Below are positions 1 to 13,341 of a stretch of DNA of 64,000 nucleotides, piece after piece; position 1 is the stretch's first letter; each line of letters opens with the position of its first letter. Location: assembly GCA_025594325.1 (NCBI GenBank), contig JANHCV010000001.1, positions 3,162,001 through 3,226,000 on the forward strand, written 5' to 3'. A program made the translations under genes and the position numbers. Under the pieces are notes generated by a model. That model was not told where the DNA came from, did not search any database, and saw only the letters and a program-made list of their open reading frames with translations. Source of the stretch: Blastocladiella emersonii ATCC 22665. Its lineage: Eukaryota; Fungi; Blastocladiomycota.

Positions 1-1102
<1,102 letters not shown>

Positions 1103-2080
1103 GGCCGCAGCCGCCGGCCGCGGGGACCCCGGGCGCGGGACGGCGGACTTCGGGCTCGATCGAGTCGGAGAGCGCCTTGCGGCGGGTGGTGCATGAGTTG
1201 TCATGATTGTGTGCTGCCGAGGGCAGGGTGGAGGGGGCGGGGATGAAGGCGAGGATGAGCGACGCGCGAGCGCAAAGGGAGCCGCGCCACGCCGTGCCAC
1301 TCCCATCCACGACACGTGCGCCAGCGCTGGCCACGGGGCAAGTCAGTCAGCTGGCGGGCCGGGCGCCTTCGCACGGCCGCAAGCCGCCCGCCCGGCCGCC
1401 CAGTCAAAAGCTGCACACAGGGCCCGCCCGCCCCGCTCCTCTCTACAGCAGCAGCAGCACACACAGCAGCACAGCGTACGTAGGCCAGCCGGCCTGCACG
1501 GCACCACACCACAGCACGACTCGCCATGCACACACACCACACACGGGCACCCCCCGCCACGCTGCGCGCGCACCCTCGCCGACGTCGCCGCGCCGACGGC
1601 GGGTCGCACACGCCCCTCAACGATTTTCTGCGGCCTCGGCCGGGCCAAGTCCCTTGCTCCCCTGCTCCCCTACGTCGTCCTGGCGACCTCTCGGCCGTGA
1701 TCCGTGACTCCCCTGCTCCGCGCGCACTCCCCGTGCATTTTGCTCGCCTCCCCGATCACCCCGCTCACCCCGCCGTGGCTCGCGCCGCGGCCGCCCACCT
1801 CCCCCACGTCGACCATGACGTCTCCCCCGTAAATTGGCCCCCTTTCGGGCCGGTTGCGGGGGCCGTCCCGGCGCGTGTCCCGCCCTGCCCTGCGACAATT
1901 CCCGTCCCTTCTTCGTCTCAATCGGGCCGCTTTTTCGCCCGTGTGACCGTGTTCGCGTGCCGGCGTGCGTGCGTGCGACTTGCGCCCTCATCACGCGCTG
2001 CTTGCTGACCTGGTTGGTCACTCACCTCACCCACCACGCCTGTTCTCCCCCAGTCCCCCACCCCCAACTCAAAACTCACC

Positions 2081-2521
2081 ATGCCCAAGGCCAAGTCCGA
2101 GACCACCACCAAGGCGCCCCGCAAGGCCAAGGCCGAGGGCCGCAAGACCCGCGTCAAGAAGGACAAGGACCCCAACAAGCCCAAGCGCCCCATGACCGCC
2201 TTCTTCATCTTCTCGGGCGAGTTCCGCGACGCCGTCAAGGCCGAGAACCCCGAGGCCAAGGTCGGCCAGATCGCCAAGCTCCTCGGCGAGCGGTGGCGCT
2301 CCATGTCGGACGAGGAGAAGGCCCCCTACGCCGAGAAGGTCAAGGCCGAGAAGGCCCGCTACGACCGGGAGATGGCCATCTACGAGGCCCGCGGCGTACG
2401 TTGCCCTCTGCCGTCGCTGCCCACCCCCGCCCACGACCACCCCGACTGACCGTGTCTCTCGCCCCCATCCGTGTAGACCGAGGAGGCCGAGGAGGAGGAG
2501 GAGGAGGAGGATGACGAGTAA
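2081..2521 (+). CDS. NHP6: Single HMG-box chromatin protein (NHP6/HMGB-like) with basic N-terminus and acidic tail; exons 2081-2395 and 2477-2521
   Basis: KDPNKPKRPMTAFFIF...VGQIAKLLGERW...EKAPY HMG box; intron GTACGT...TGTAG in phase 0; exon 2 encodes TEEAEEEEEEEDDE*. Confidence 0.88.
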
Positions 2522-2989
2522 GCTCGCTCCCTCGCTCTCGCTGCCGAGCACCCCACCTACTAGTGGCCGTCCCCGGACGTGCCCACCTTGTCTATTATGT
2601 TCCCTTGTCTCTCTCCCCCTTTGTGTCTTTGTCTGTTCATCTACCGCTTGTCCCTCCCCCAAGCCTACACCTGCGGTGTCGTCGTTAGCCGGATTCGTCA
2701 TGAGGCCGGGCGTCTGCCCCCGTCGCTCGGGCCTCGTGGATTTGTTCTCCCTCTGAACGGGTGCACTTATTTATAAAATATCCTCGTGCCTCCGCCATCC
2801 CTTGTGCCTCGACCGCCAGCGAGCCCGGAACCGCGTCGCGCCCTCGCGTCGATCATGATTGCGTTGCGCGTGACCGCGCGTCGGTCGCCGCGCGACCTGT
2901 TGACGAGCGCGGGCAAAGTTTGCTGCGCCGCTGCCGACTGCTTCTCTCCACGCCCTTCTGCTCATGTATTCCCAGTCGCGTTGACGACC

Positions 2990-3693
2990 ATGCCACCTCA
3001 TGCACTCCGCCAGCTCGGCCGGTCCGCGGTCCACGTCGCCGGCTGGGCCTCGGTCTTCATCTTTGTCCTCGACCGCGTCGGGTCGCTCGCCTCCGTCGAG
3101 GGCCGCTCCATGCAGGTGCCCTTCGGTTCGCTCGGCCGCAGCGGGACGTTGTGTTGCTCACCTGCGTCGCGGCTGTAGCCAACCCTCAACCCCGACGAGA
3201 ACCGGCTCGCCCGCGACGTGCTGCTCCTCAACAAGTACATCCTGAGCACGCGCAAGTGGGGCCGTGGCGACGTCGTGACGCTCCGGTACGCCGACCCGCT
3301 CGATCCTTCGTTCAGCCGAGTCTTACCCGCTGCACCGTGTATAGCTCGCCCATGGACCCCGACCACATCATCGCCAAGCGGATCGTGGCGCTCGAGGACG
3401 ACTACGTGGTGCCGGACCCGCGGTGCAGCTTCGTGCGGCGCAACGGGCTGCGGCCGGGCCAGTCGATGCGCGTGCCCAAGGGCCACTGCTGGGTCGAGGG
3501 CGACGCCGGCATGCACTCGCGCGACTCGCAGGACTTTGGCCCCGTGCCGCTCGGCCTGCTCACCGCCAAGGTCTCGGCCGTCGTGTGGCCGCCAAACCGC
3601 GTCAGGTGGGTCGACACGGACGTTGCCCGCGCCCATGCCCGGACCGCCGTCGTCACGCGCGAGGCCGTGCAGGGGCACACGCCGATCGTGTAG
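2990..3693 (+). CDS. IMP2: Mitochondrial inner membrane peptidase subunit 2 (S26 family), 3 exons
   Basis: VEGRSMQ|PTLNP (catalytic Ser), RGDVVTL, IIAKRIVALE (catalytic Lys), VPKGHCWVEGD...SRDSQDFGPVPLGL...VWPP. Confidence 0.88.
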
Positions 3694-3838
3694 CGGCCAG
3701 AGTATAGCTTCCTTCGTAGACCCCGCGCATGTGTCTTGAGAGGTGAGGGAGTCAGAACCGCGGTGTGGGAGGTCTGAGGTCCCCCACCAACGGAACTCAT
3801 GAAGCGGATGCACCAGCGACTCGCTGCAACCTGATACC

Positions 3839-5657
3839 ATGAATCGCGGGATCACCCCTCGGCGCGCTGCCGGGAACGCGAGTGGGACTCAGCGCAAGCC
3901 GCGCTCGACGTGGGTCGCGCCGGCGTGGCCGCTAGCCGGCCAGGAACCGCGGTCGCTGGACGACGACGAGATTATCGACGACGACGCCGCCGAGGAGCTG
4001 TCGCCCGAAGTTGGCCATGTACATGAGCGCGATCCCATCGACGAGGACCTGCGGCCCGCGCCCAAGCGGCAGCGCACGTCGCTCACCGGCCCGCTCGCGT
4101 CGGCCATCCTCTCCGCGCGCCCCGCACCTGCCGTCGTCGACGTGGACGCGATCGAGGATGTGATTGAGGAGGACAGCCCGGAGCATCACGACGCCGACGA
4201 ACCGGCGCTGACGCCGCCGTTTGAGATGGACACGGGCGAGCCGTCCCCGCCGCGCCATCGCGTGTGGGACGTGGAGGGCCCGCACGCGGGGCGCAGCCGG
4301 ACGTTCTCGTTCGAGTTTGCGCCCAGCATCTCCGACCCGCCGACAACGCGCACGGGCGACGAGGACGACGTGGTCGAGGAGGAGCCGCCAACTCCGCCGA
4401 GACCGCCGCCGTTCCAGTTTGCTCCCGCCCCGCCCGCGGCGACCGTGTGGGCGACGCCGGGCCGGTCCGTCTTCCAGCACTTCGCCGAGGGGCCCAGTAC
4501 TACGAGACCGCCCAACTTTGTGATCCCGAACCCCGCCCCGCGCCGTGTGCTCCGGCACAGCCAGATCGCCTATGACGACGGGGACGACGAGGACGACCTG
4601 TACGCCGAGATCCCGTTCGTGCGTCCGGGCTCCGGCGACGACGACGATGACCTGTACCTGCAGCAGCGGCGCGAGTGGTCCGGCGACGTGTACGACTTTG
4701 AGGAAGAGGATCCCGCCGCCGCCGCTGGCTACGGCGAATCGCCCGTCGAGACCGAGCTCGACGACCCGTCCGCTTTCACGCGAATTCCGCCGCCGTCAGC
4801 CATCCTCGATGCCCAGCTCCGCGCGCAGAAGCGGCAGCGGATCGCGAACCTGCGGCCGGGCGAGTCGCTCGACCACATCTCCGAGTCGGACGAGGAGATG
4901 ATGCCGCTCGACGACGAGGCTGCGCCAGCGGACAACGGGTTCCTCCCACATTGGCCCACGGCGCTGCCCCGTCGCGAACCGTCGCCCGAGCCGGTGCGAC
5001 CGCGGTTCGTGCTCCCGGAACAGACTCAAGACGCGCGGTACTGGCTTTTACTGTAGCGCACACTGATGTCAGTCGGCTAATCTCACCCGCGCGTGTAGCT
5101 CCCGTCCATGCGCAACCGTCGCGCGGCTGCAGACCCTGATCGCGCAGCAGCTCGAGGAGGAGCGGCGCGCCGCTGCTGCTGCCGCTGCCGACCCAGCGAC
5201 CGCGGCCGAGCACCAGTGGGAGTTCACCGTCGACCGCGTATCGTGGGTCCGCCAAGTGCGCGTCGCCGAGGGCACGCTCGCGCGGATCCCTCCCGCTGTC
5301 TCCGCCGGCGAGAACAGCGACATCTGGCCTCCCGACCCCGCCGCCCGCCCAGCACTACATTGCCGCGCGCGCGTCCTCCTGCACTCGTGGTCGCGCGCGT
5401 CGAGCCACCAGGGGCAGACGGTCGACTTTGCGTGGTCGCGGCTCGAGACGGCGGTGCGCGCGTACTCGGACGCGGTGGCTGCAGCAGAAAAGGAGCGGCG
5501 GCCGCGGACCGCGTCGACGGCGGTGGTCCCGCGTGTTCGGCTGCTTGTCGACCGATGTTGGTCTGCGTTCCCGCTGCCCGCGGCTGAGGGCGAGGGCGAG
5601 AGCGAGGCAGAGCCCGTGTGGTGCTTTCTCGCGTCCGGGTATCGCGTGGGATCGTGA
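3839..5657 (+). CDS. Hypothetical protein with acidic/Pro-rich disordered N-terminal ~400 aa and a predicted folded C-terminal domain; probable intron near 5039-5098
   Basis: 405-aa ORF with coding-type bias, GTACTG donor, GCTAAT branch and TAG acceptor, continuing into ORF ending ...PVWCFLASGYRVGS* at 5657. Confidence 0.6.
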
Positions 5658-5693
5658 GATACAGTATATACAAGTTCATTCGCCCCTCCTCGC

Positions 5694-6149
5694 TCAGTTG
5701 GGCGGTGTCCGTGACGCTACCGCCGCCTCCTTGGCCGCCGTCACCGTGGTGACCTTGGTCGCGACGCGGTCGAGGATCTGCGTCGTGTCGGCCATGCGTG
5801 CCCGCACGCGCGCCAGGCGGCCGGCGATCAGCCGCGACACCTCGTTCCACTCGGGCGTGCCCTTGGCGGGCGAGCCGGATGTGCCGGTAGGGCGTGGGAC
5901 GGGCGAGGCCTCGATGAGCGACTCGAGCAGCTGGACCTCTACGGCGACCGTCGCGTCAGCACACGAGGAGGAGGGCGGCGAGGAAGGGTGGGAGCGCGAA
6001 CCGGCGACGACGCGCTCGAGCTCCGACTCGAGCGTCGTCTGCGACACGTTCACCTCTTCGAACAGATGGCCGAGGTGGTCGAGCAGCGGGACCAGCGACG
6101 CAACGAGGTCGGGGACCTTTGCGGGTAGTCTTGGCGGCGTCGATGACAT
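5694..6149 (-). CDS. Small coiled-coil protein, Snapin/Pallidin (BLOC-1 subunit)-like
   Basis: 151 aa, ATG in CACCATG context; LDHLGHLFEEVNVSQTTLESELERV and RLARVRARMADTTQILDRV resemble the Snapin 'SQxxL' two-helix pattern. Confidence 0.5.
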   Translation of the reverse strand: MSSTPPRLPAKVPDLVASLVPLLDHLGHLFEEVNVSQTTLESELERVVAGSRSHPSSPPSSSCADATVAVEVQLLESLIEASPVPRPTGTSGSPAKGTPEWNEVSRLIAGRLARVRARMADTTQILDRVATKVTTVTAAKEAAVASRTPPN

Positions 6150-6253
6150 GGTGCAGTTTACATGGGCTCAGTCAGCGTCGATAGGAGGGGGAGCGCGGAT
6201 GGATCCATAAGTTACGTGTATTGTCAATCTCGTCAAGCAACCAGCGAGGGCGC

Positions 6254-7518
6254 TCACAGCATGTCGGCGACCTGGAGCGGCATCTCGTCGATCTGCGTCG
6301 AGTAGTACTGCTCGATATCGCGGAGGACGCGGACGTCGTCGTTCTTGGCAAAGTTGATGGCGACACCCTTGCGGCCGAAGCGGCCCGAGCGACCGATGCG
6401 GTGGAGGTAGACCTCGCGGTTGAGGGGCAGGTCGTAGTTGATGACGAGCGAGACCTGCTGGACGTCGATGCCGCGGGCCCAGACGTCGGTGGTGATGAGG
6501 ACGCGCGACGCGCCCATGCGGAACTCGCTCATGATGGCCTCGCGCTCCTTTTGTGGCATCTCGCCGTGCATGGCCGACACGGTGAAGTTGGCCTCGCGCA
6601 TCTTCTCGGTGAGCCAGTCGACCTTGCGCCGCGTGTTGCAGAAGATGACGGCCTGCGTGATGGTCAGCGTGTCGTACAGGTCGCACAGCGTGTCGAACTT
6701 CCACTCCTCCTTCTCGACCGGGATGAAGAACTGCTTGATGCCCTCGAGCGTCAGCTCGTCGCGCTTGACGAGCACGCGGATCGGGTCGGTCATGAACTTG
6801 CCCGTGAGCTCGAGCACCTCCTGCGGCAGCGTCGCCGACACGACGACCATCTGGGTGTTGGGCGGCAGCAACCGGTAAATGTCGTAGATCTGCTCCTTGA
6901 ACCCCTGGTTGAGCAGCTCGTCGGCCTCGTCCATGACGAGCATCTTGATGTGGCGCGTGCGCAGGTGGCCGCGCTTGATCATGTCGAAGACGCGCCCGGG
7001 CGTACCCGAAACGACGTGCTGGCCGTGGTCGAGCTTGCGGATGTCCTCGGAGATGGACACGCCGCCAATGCACGCGTGCACCTGCACGTTCATGTAGTCG
7101 CCGAGCGCCAGCATCACGCTCTGGATCTGCTGCGCCAGCTCGCGCGTCGGCGACAGCACCAGCACCTGGCACTCGCGCACCGCCGTGTCGATGGACTGCA
7201 GCACGCTGATCGAGAAGGTCGCCGTCTTACCGGTTCCCGACTGCGCCTGCGCAATCACGTCGCGCTTGCGCAGCACGGGCATGATGGCACGCTGCTGGAT
7301 CGCCGACGGCTTCTCAAAGTCTAGGATCGGCAGGTGACGGGGGCGGTCAGTCACCGGGCCACAGGTCACTCTCAAGGCAATGAACACGCACTGTAGGCGT
7401 AGATGCCGCGGAGCAGGTCCTCCTTCAGACCCATCTCGTCGAAGGTCGAGTACACCTTGACCGACTCATTCGTGTCGAAGGTGATCTTGTCATCCTGGGC
7501 GTGGTTGAAGCCGGACAT
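6254..7518 (-). CDS. FAL1: DEAD-box helicase eIF4AIII (EJC core), 2 exons
   Basis: [18 protein letters not shown]|[62 protein letters not shown]; C-terminal QIDEMP is typical of eIF4A3. Confidence 0.93.
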
Positions 7519-7806
7519 GGCGGGTGGGTGCTCTCGGTGGCGGGTCCCGGGCAGTCGATGCGTTGCAACAAGTGTGAGGGGCGCGGAGCTATGCGAGAGC
7601 CCTTGCGTTGTCGGCGAAGGGGAAGGGAGCGGCGCGCAGAGAGAGAAGTCGTCGGCGGCGCGGGACTCGAGTGCGCCGGCCTCATGTGATGCCGTCGGCA
7701 GGCGACCCTCGCGCGCGTGCCCGCGCTCCCGCTCCCCTCACGTCCGCCTTGATGGTCAGAAGGGGGCGAGAGGAGCGCATCACCTAGTGCAACGTATCAG
7801 AAAACC

Positions 7807-9633
7807 ATGGACTCGCTACTGGAAAAGCAGCGGCGATCGCACGAGGCGATTGACCGCCTCGAGAACCTCGCCGCGTCGCTGCTCATGGACGTGCCGCGCA
7901 GCGTATGTTGGGTCTTGCGCCATGTTTGGGAGCTCTTTGGGCTCATTTGCTTCATGTTGTATAGTACCGCGAGCGGTTGACGCAGCAGCGGCGCGTCGCC
8001 GACCTGGCCAAGATGGTCGCGGACACGGCCACGACGCTCAGCGCGACGTACGAGGACGAGAACGGGTACGCTTCGTGATGCGATCCACTTTTTCGGCGGA
8101 GTACTGATCCTGATTCTCGCTTGTAGCGCGCGCGCCGCCGAGCTCGAGAAAATCAGCGGCCCGGGCGCGCTGGGCGAGTTCTACACGCGGCTAGACAGCC
8201 TGGTCGAGTATCACCAGCGCAACCCGGGCGAGGAGGTGGAGCCCATGGAGCTCGAGTTCATGAACCCGGACGCAGCGGCCGACGACACGCGCCTGCTCGA
8301 CACCGTGTTCAGCGGCGAGGAGCACTACGGCCACTTTGTCGACCTGCACGAGCAGTACAAGGTGTTCGTCAACCTCAAGGACGCGACCAAGTGCTCGTAC
8401 GTGGCGTACCTCGAGACCCTCACCCAGTTTGACCAGTTCCCCGTGCCATCCAAGAACGCCGAGTACAAGGAGTGCGTTGCGCTGATCCCTTCCGCCCTTC
8501 AGCCCCTCGTTAACCCCTTGCCGTATGTAGCTACGTGACGAGCGTGTACGAATACCTGCGCGGGTTCATCGAGCGCGCGCAGCCCATGTTCGACCTCGAC
8601 GTGTACGAAAACACGAGCTTCGAGCAGTTCAACGCGGCGTGGTCGGCGGGCACGCTGGCGCAGTGGGCGCACTTCATCCAGGGCCAGGCGCCCGAGGCGC
8701 TGTACTGCGACGCGTGCCAGAAGCAGTTCCTCAAGCAGCACGTGTTTGACCGGCACCGCAACGAGAAGCGGCACATCAAGGCCGCAGCCGCGCTCGCCGC
8801 GACCCCGCGGTCCGACGCCGAGATGCAGGCGCTGCGGGCCGAGAAGCGCGCCGAGTTCGAGGACCAGTACCGCGACCTGGCGTGCCTCGAGTTCATGACG
8901 CACGCGCTCGCCAAGCACCTGGCGCCCGTGATCACGGCGACGCGCGACCACCTCGAGCGCAAGCAGACGCTGACCGAGACGGAGCTGCTCGAGGAGCTCG
9001 CGGCCATGGCGGACCCGGACTGGTCGCCCGGGCTCGGCGACGGCGGCGCCGCGGCCATCAACAACGTGTACAGCGGGGTGGCGGACCATGCCGGCGACTC
9101 GGACGACGAGGGCGGCAAGGGCAAGAACAAGCGCGGCGGCGGCGGCGGTGGGGACGCGGACAGCGACGACGAGGACGACGACGACGAGAAGGTGTACAAC
9201 CCGCTCAAGCTGCCCATGGGGTGGGACGGCAAGCCGATCCCGTACTGGCTGTACAAGCTGCACGGGCTCGGGGTCGAGTACCCGTGCGAGATCTGCGGCG
9301 ACTACGTGTACATGGGCCGCAAGGCCTTTGAGCGGCACTTCCAGGAGTGGCGCCACGGCCAGGGCATGAAGGCGCTCGGGATCCCCAACTCCAAGCACTT
9401 CCAGGACATTGTCAAGATCGCCGACGCCCTCTCGCGTGCGTTTGTCTTCCGTGTGCCGTGACCGTGATCCGCTACTAACCCGCTCGCCCGCCCGTCTAGT
9501 GTGGGAGAAGCTGCGGCAGTCGCAGCAGAAGACCAACTTCCGCGCCGACGTCGACGAGGAGTTTGAGGACTCGGAGGGCAACGTCATGTCGCGCCAGATG
9601 TACGAGGACCTCGCGCGGCAGGGCCTGCTGTAG
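7807..9633 (+). CDS. PRP9: Splicing factor 3A subunit 3 (SF3a60), 5 exons
   Basis: MDSLLEKQRRSHE; FSGEEHYGHFVDLHE; YCDAC; NPLKLPMGWDGKPIPYWLYKLHGLGVEYPCEICGDYVYMGRKAFERHFQEWRH; EEFEDSEGNVM...YEDLARQGLL*. Confidence 0.95.
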
Positions 9634-9851
9634 TCGGGCGGCGAGGGCCGTGGTATTGATCCCGATATATAAACGTTTACTCTGGGCATAATCGACTTGG
9701 CGAGTCGCGACGCGTGCCGGTGAGTGGCGCGTGTCACATCGGCTTGGCTTCGCGAAAACTGACCAACTGGCTGGCCTCGCCGCCGATCTCTCCTCTCTCC
9801 CAACGGGACCTCACCGACTGCCCATGTAACTCTGAGCATAGACCACCCGCC

Positions 9852-11449
9852 ATGTCATCCTCCTCATCGCCCGCATTCAACGCGGCCCGGCGCCGGAGCA
9901 GCGCGCCGCTCCCGCCGCACCCGGCTGCCGCGGCCTCGCAGCCGCTCTCGACGTCGCCCGGTTCGGTGGGCAAGCAGGGGCGGTCCATGACGTCGACCTC
10001 GCTCGCGTCCACGGCGTCCGCAACCTCGACGACGCTCGGCGCGCGCGACGAGTCTGCGCGGCCGGCGGCGCGTAAGGGCGATGGGGTCGCTGTCGATGAG
10101 TGTACGCCGCGATCTGCAGGTTGAGGTATGCGCGCGAGCTGACGAGTCCACCGTTCTGCGTAGGCGTCACGCACCGCCGGACCAAGCTGTTCCTGCGCCG
10201 CCGCAAGGTGTTCTCGGAGCGGCACAACCTCGAGGCGAACCGGCTGCAGTCGCGGTTGCGCAAGGTTCGGCGCTTCGCGTCCATGTGGCGAAACGCGGGA
10301 CGGCTGACTCTGAACTACGCGTGTAGCTCGTCGAGCTCGGCGCGAACCCGTCGCTGACGCTCCCGCAGCTCCGCGGTACGATCCGCCCTCATCCCTCACC
10401 TCACCGTGCCCATCGCTCACCCCTCGCCCGACGCGTAGACGCGGAACAAGCCCTCGTCGCATGGGAACCCGACGACGCGGTCGCGCAGTGTCCGTTCTGC
10501 ACGTCGACGTTCGGGTTCCTGAACCGCAAGCACCACTGCCGGCTGTGCGGGCGCGCCGTGTGCGGCAAGTGCTCCAACGCGCACGCCGTCGACGAGACGC
10601 TGTCGATCCGCCTGTGCTGCGGGTGTCTCGGCACGCTCGCGGCACGGCGCGCGCGGCGGACTGCGGAGCCGCCGATTGTCAAGTACCACGCGGTGCGTTT
10701 GGATGGCGGGTGATGGCGAGTGGGAGCTGACGCGTCGATGTGTGTACAGGAGCTCGCCGGGATCAAGGCCAAGGTCGAGGATACCCTGCCGCGGCTCGAG
10801 GATACGGTCGCGCAGCTTCGGTACGCATCCATCGCGACCCTACTCGGGCCACGACCATCGTCTAACCCGCTCCTGTAGCCGGTCGAAGCAGACGACCAAC
10901 GACCCGGCGCTCAAGCGCACGCGGACGCTGGCCATGACGTACAAGCGCGACATGGACCAGTACGTTGGCCAGATCACGCAGCTATGGTATGCGTTCCCTC
11001 GCCTCACATCGCATCCTCGCTGACCCAACCCGCATAGCCAATCCATCACGCGCCTCGCGACCTCGTCCGACCAAGACGCGCGCGTGCACGGCAACGTGGT
11101 GCGCGCCTTCTCCGAGTCAGTCCAGTCGTGGGCGCCGCGGCTCAACGACGCGGCCGAGGCCATTTCGACGAGCGCGCGCGCGGCCGCCGCGTCGCGGACC
11201 GCGTCCACCACGGCGGCCTTGGCCACGGACACCGGAGCAACGGCGGCGGCGGGCGAGTCGCAGGCGTACCTCGACACGCTGGTCGAGCAGTACGTGCAGC
11301 TCGAGGCGTTTGCGCGCGAGGCCGCGGCGCAGCGGCAGATCGAGAACGTGCGCACGCTGCGGCTCAACATGGACGAGATCGGCGCCGAGATTGCGCGCGT
11401 CGAGGTGGCCATGTTCGGCGAGACCAAGTTCGCGAGCGGGCGGTCCTGA
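9852..11449 (+). CDS. PEP7: FYVE-domain Rab effector, PEP7/VAC1/rabenosyn-5-like, multi-exon
   Basis: Spliced frames give HRRTKLFLRRRK...LEANRLQSRLRK and WEPDDAVAQCPFCTSTFGFLNRKHHCRLCGRAVCGKCS (WxxD, RKHHCR); ends EVAMFGETKFASGRS*. Confidence 0.8.
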
Positions 11450-11943
11450 AGAGACTGACTGTGTGTGGTCGCGCAAGAATTGATTCGTGTATAGAAGTAT
11501 AGATGAGCGAGAGAGAGGGTCATGGCGAGGAGCGAGGTGACGCCCACCCAACTGGCTGAAGGGCGGCCGGCTCGTCGACCATGAAGGAGCAGGGCGCGAA
11601 AGGGAGGTATGACAACGAGGATAGGCGATCGGTTCGAGTAGGGAAGGAAAGAAAGGGTCGATCAGCGATGCGAGATGCGGAAGAGAAGGGGACGGACGAG
11701 ACGATGAGCGACCAGGCCAACAGCGAACGAGATGCGAGGGAGAGAGGGAAGGGAGGGAAGGGAGCAGGACACACTTGACATCGCGCTAGCACCACCACGG
11801 CACCACCACAATCCACCAACCAACCACCGGTCCTGCTCCGCTACCATCATCACCTCCTCGTACCGCCGTCAGACCTGGTCACCCACCGATCCCGCGCACC
11901 CAAACTCGACCGTCACCGCGCACCGCGTCCTCTGGACACCGAC

Positions 11944-13341
11944 TTAGACGAGGAGGCTGTCGGCCTCGGTGTTGGTCCAGATGATGTGGCACTTGCGGAA
12001 GCCGTTGAAGGTGGACGAGGCGGCGACCGTGTAGGCGCCCATGGCGTCAAAGTAGAGCCAGTCGCCGACCTCGAGCTCGGGGAGCTTACCGTCGCGCGTG
12101 AGCATGTCCATGGAGTCGCACGTCGGGCCCCAGATCGAGCACGGGAACGAGGGCAGGTGCGACAGGTCGTGGCCGTGCACGTAGGCGCCGTCCTTGAGCA
12201 GCACCTTGGGGACCACGGCGGCGTGGTCAAAGTAGATGCAGTTGAACGACGAGTAGAGGCCCTCGTTGATGTAGTACATGAACGACTCGGGGGTGCCGGC
12301 GACCGGGTTGGCCGCGGGGCGCACCACGCGGCGCGCGTGCACGTTGACGGCGAGCGTGTAGGCGGCCGAGACGTAGTAGCGGCCGGGCTCCGAGATGATG
12401 CGCACGCCCGACGAGGACGGGAAGAACTCGAGGATGGCGGGGCGCAGCTCGGCGACAATCTGCGGGAACGTGATGCCGTGGCCAGCGTCGGCGCCAGGGA
12501 AGCCGCCGCCAATGTCGAGGAAGTGCATGTTGAAGCCGAGCTCGAGGCCCTCGTCAAAGACGCGGCGGGCGCGGATGATGGCGTCGCGGAACGAGGCCGC
12601 GTCCATGCAGCCGGACCCGACGTGGAACGACACGCCGATGATCTCGACGCCAATCTCCTTGGCGAGGGCGAGCAGGGCGCGCGTGGTCTCGAGGTGGGCG
12701 CCGAACTTGATGCCGAACTTGCACAGCGACTTGGAGTCGTCGGTAAGGATGCGGAGCACCATCTGCGGGTTCGGGTGGTGGCGCTTGACCTTGTACAGCT
12801 CGTCGGCGTTGTCGAAGGTCATCATGCGGACGCCGACGGCGGCAGCGTGGCGGATCTGCGACGCGGCCTTGCACGGGTTGGCGTAGATGATGCGGTCGGG
12901 GCGCACGCCGAGGGCGAGCACCGCGTCGATCTCGGCCTTGGACGCGCAGTCGAAGCCGGTGCCGAGGCGCACCATGGTGCGCAGGATCGTCGGGTCCGGG
13001 TTGCACTTGACGGCGTAGAAGGGCTCGACCATGGGCAGCGCGTCGGTCCACTGGCGGTGCTGGCGGATGATGCTGCCGACGTCGGCCACGGCAAACGCGT
13101 CGTCCTCGGCCTCGTCGCGCTCCACCTTGCCGAGGTGCTCGTGCATGAGCGCGGGCGCGGCAACCGAGTGGTGCACGAACGGGGTGTAGGTGGCGGGCGC
13201 GGCGACGGCGGGCTTGGCGAGGGCCACGGCGGCGGCCTCGGCGTGGGCAAAGTCGGCGTGCGTGGGCGACGCGAGCAGCTGGGCCAGCAGGGCCGACTCC
13301 TTGTCGGCGGCGACGGCCTGGGGGCGGGCAATGTCCTTCAT
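11944..13341 (-). CDS. SPE1: Ornithine decarboxylase (intact catalytic residues)
   Basis: PFYAVKCNPD (PLP Lys), FDCASKAEI, GVSFHVGSG, LDIGGGF, SEPGRYY, WGPTCDSMD (catalytic Cys), YTVAASSTFNGF. Confidence 0.95.
   Translation of the reverse strand: MKDIARPQAVAADKESALLAQLLASPTHADFAHAEAAAVALAKPAVAAPATYTPFVHHSVAAPALMHEHLGKVERDEAEDDAFAVADVGSIIRQHRQWTDALPMVEPFYAVKCNPDPTILRTMVRLGTGFDCASKAEIDAVLALGVRPDRIIYANPCKAASQIRHAAAVGVRMMTFDNADELYKVKRHHPNPQMVLRILTDDSKSLCKFGIKFGAHLETTRALLALAKEIGVEIIGVSFHVGSGCMDAASFRDAIIRARRVFDEGLELGFNMHFLDIGGGFPGADAGHGITFPQIVAELRPAILEFFPSSSGVRIISEPGRYYVSAAYTLAVNVHARRVVRPAANPVAGTPESFMYYINEGLYSSFNCIYFDHAAVVPKVLLKDGAYVHGHDLSHLPSFPCSIWGPTCDSMDMLTRDGKLPELEVGDWLYFDAMGAYTVAASSTFNGFRKCHIIWTNTEADSLLV

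Noticed and set aside
6221-7324. Long antisense or alternate-frame ORFs (also 11986-13413, 16311-18785, 43722-46157, 57805-60300 and others)
   Set aside because: Shadow ORFs caused by extreme third-position GC bias opposite well-supported genes; no motifs.
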